Shown here: in pieces, positions 61,809 to 64,000 of the stretch | How positions within the stretch are numbered: position 1 is the stretch's first letter | How the letters are laid out: each line of letters starts with the position of its first letter | Assembly (NCBI RefSeq): GCF_009834535.1 | Contig: NC_045709.1 | Location: 25,854,001 to 25,918,000, forward strand | DNA: 64,000 bases | Source: Camelus ferus | Taxonomy: Eukaryota | Direction: 5' to 3' | Position numbers and translations under genes: made by a program | The notes under the pieces: generated by a model | The model's database searches: none | What the model saw: the letters and a program-made list of their open reading frames with translations, nothing else | Told to the model about the DNA's origin: nothing

Positions 61809-63309
61809 GCTGACACAGGTCTCCTGCCTCCCAGAGGGTTTGTTTCTGGTTCCCAGAGGACTGCTTCCAGGAGGCCACGGTTTTTAGATTATTTTGAAAA
61901 AAGAAATTACAATGACAGCAATTTCATTTTTGCTACTATGAGGTTTCTCCAGATTTTCTCATCTGGAAATGCCGAGATGCCCAGGGCCCTGCGGGCTCCT
62001 GGACGGATGGGGAGGGGTAGGTGGGGCGGCGGCGTGGTGGCGTTCATGCCCCGAGCAGCTTCACCAGGGGTGGGCACGAAGCCAGCGTGGGCAGGCCCCA
62101 CGGGGGCCCCTTGGTGAGGTGTGGGGGAAAGATCGGGACAAGGGCAGAAATCAGCACCAGAACCGGGCCCAGGCAGTCCCTGGAAGGTGCGGACTGGGTG
62201 AGCGGAAGAGCTGAGTGCCAGCCTGGGCCGGCCACGGGGACGCAGTCGCGGGCACACAGCCCTGTGTTCACTGTAATTAGATCATTTCCATCCCCCTTGT
62301 TTTGTCTCCCCTCACAGAGAAGCTGAGACACGCAGACTGTTCTGAAAACTGCCCGCCCTTCCTGACACTAAACCCAGGGAGGACGGCACGGAAGGCTGGC
62401 GGCGTGTCCGGTCCTTGTTGGATCCGAGTGTGAACAGAGTCGTCCCGGGATCCGGCTCACTTGTGTGGCCACCTTCTCTCTGCCCTGCCTTTTGAAGTCC
62501 CAGCAGTTTGATCCCATTTTCCCCTCACATCTGACCATTAAAAAAAGGTGAGACCTTGTCTGAAGTGAGCCTGGACGGCGAGGTTCGTGGCCCCCGGGGG
62601 GAGGACGGTGACACTGTCCAGGAGGGAACATCTGAAGGAAAAGAAGGAGAGGACGGAAAACTCTTGTCTTAAACGGGGAAAAAGGTCGTTTTGTGGGGGG
62701 GCCGTAGCTCTAGGCTTCCTGGCGGTGACTGGCCCGTCCTCGCCGGAGGGCCTGGCGGGGCTGGCAGGGGGGGCATCTTCCTTAGCCACGGTTCTCCGAG
62801 CAGTACAGAGCTCTAATTATTTCTAGCAAAGATGACGCAGATCCACACAACGGGGTGGGCACTGTCCACGAACGGCATGTTCCATCCACGCCACGGTGCG
62901 CAGGCAGAGCCGGAGAACGTGAGGGAACTCCGAGCGCGTCCTCCGACACGCCTCCATCGCACCGGCCAGCGGAACCGCCCTTGGGAGGTAGCAGGCCGCC
63001 CTGGAGGCCAGCGGGCAGAGCGAGCGGGACGAGGTTCCCCGTGAGTCCCCGAGACCGGGGGCTGCTGAGGGCAAGACAGGCTGCCGTTCGTGGCTGAGCC
63101 TGGCGCGTGCCCGCTGCCTTTCAATAGACTCCACGTGCACTGGTGGGTTGATCTGTAACAAAAACAATGGTGTTCGGGCACCATGGGACTTCTTCTACTG
63201 AAGTAAGTTGCCGTCTGTCATTTTTTGACAGCTTAGTGAAAACACGGCTGCCCCCAGGGAGGGGCTGGTGGCCCAGGGCCGACCGGGAGGAGATGTTTTA
63301 CTTTTGTCT

Positions 63310-63358
63310 TTGCAGTGTCGTGGACTTACAATCCTGTGTTAGTTTCAGGTGTACAGAG
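63310..63358 (-). mobile_element. Short artiodactyl L1 tail
   Basis: TTGCAGTGTCGTGGACTTACAATCCTGTGTTAGTTTCAGGTGTACAG. Confidence 0.6.
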
Positions 63359-63404
63359 ACACACCGCCTCCTCTAATCCTAAAGCAGCCCTGAGAGGGAC
63401 GAGT

Positions 63405-63470
63405 CATTACCTCCACTTCATAGATGGGAAGACTGAGGCCCAGCGGTTAAGCCGACGGTCCAGGGTCTCT
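63405..63470 (-). mobile_element. MIR remnant
   Basis: CATTACCTCCACTTCATAGATGGGAAGACTGAGGCCCAGCGGTTAAG. Confidence 0.55.
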
Positions 63471-64000
63471 GTGCTCCAGACAAGGAACAATGGCACATTC
63501 AGCAGGGGGGGAGCCAAGTGTGACAAAGATAAAGAAGTGACACCGAGGGTGGCCTAATTGAGGACGACGTCCTGGCCGGGCAGCGGCAGGCGCTGGACCT
63601 GGTGTGTGCATGTGTGTGTGTGCACGCGTGTGTGTGTTCTCTGGTACCACCGGTCACAGTAAAATCTCAAGCAGGGCCTGCCTGAAACTCGGTCGGGGAG
63701 GGTTTGCTTACAGAACCCGCTCAGTCCCCGCGGCACAGGGGTTCGGCAGGCCCTGGCGCGGAGGGCGGGGCGCCAGAGGGCAAACTGGCTGCGGGCAGTT
63801 CCACCGCAACACTCAGGCGGCCCTGGCGTGCCCAGGCCGCGGGGCACAGAGGTGACCCGGGCACCACACGTGCTCAGCGGCCCTTAAAATTCTTGTCAAA
63901 GAATTAAAAAGTCTCCGTCAGTTACACACACGTAGGAAGCGAAACACAGCAATAGTCTTCTAACACTGAATAGTATGTATGTGGTACGCTGTAATTTACA

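Noticed and set aside
3841-63872. At least 36 CACGTG E-boxes counted by eye, versus about 15-17 expected from base composition
   Set aside because: CACG/CGTG is generally a favoured CpG context in mammals, and CACGTG arises easily from abundant CACATG/CATGTG by A>G or T>C change. The sites are dispersed and many lie in repeats, so the regional CpG gain explains them. A Markov-background test would be needed to revive this.

Overview
This is 64 kb of eutherian mammal genomic DNA from a gapped short-read scaffold with six N-gaps totalling 1,237 bp. It is most likely a camelid (Vicugna/Camelus), inferred from the 3' UTR style of the young L1s and the lack of Alu, B1/B2, Bov-tA/BovB, PRE1 or CanSINE-type SINEs. 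I can support no host protein-coding gene, tRNA, rRNA or CRISPR array; the only recognisable protein sequence is broken LINE-1 ORF2p. The window contains a CpG island at its start, a second CpG island near 16 kb, two young L1 insertions with target-site duplications, and many old repeats (L1M, MIR, MLT1, MER3/5A/20/33, Charlie1a). It also has a few short tandem repeats and several repeat-free, homeodomain-motif-rich blocks that look like conserved enhancers. The layout suggests the regulatory flank of a developmental gene whose promoter lies at or left of position 1; I cannot name the gene. The most unusual signal is compositional: old, originally AT-rich transposons are strongly shifted toward G/C and CpG. 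The clearest case is a near-full-length Charlie1a whose 5' part now meets CpG-island criteria, consistent with GC-biased gene conversion. I found no evidence of a novel multi-gene system. All repeat-family names come from my recollection of consensus sequences and need confirming with RepeatMasker/Dfam; boundaries of old repeats are approximate.
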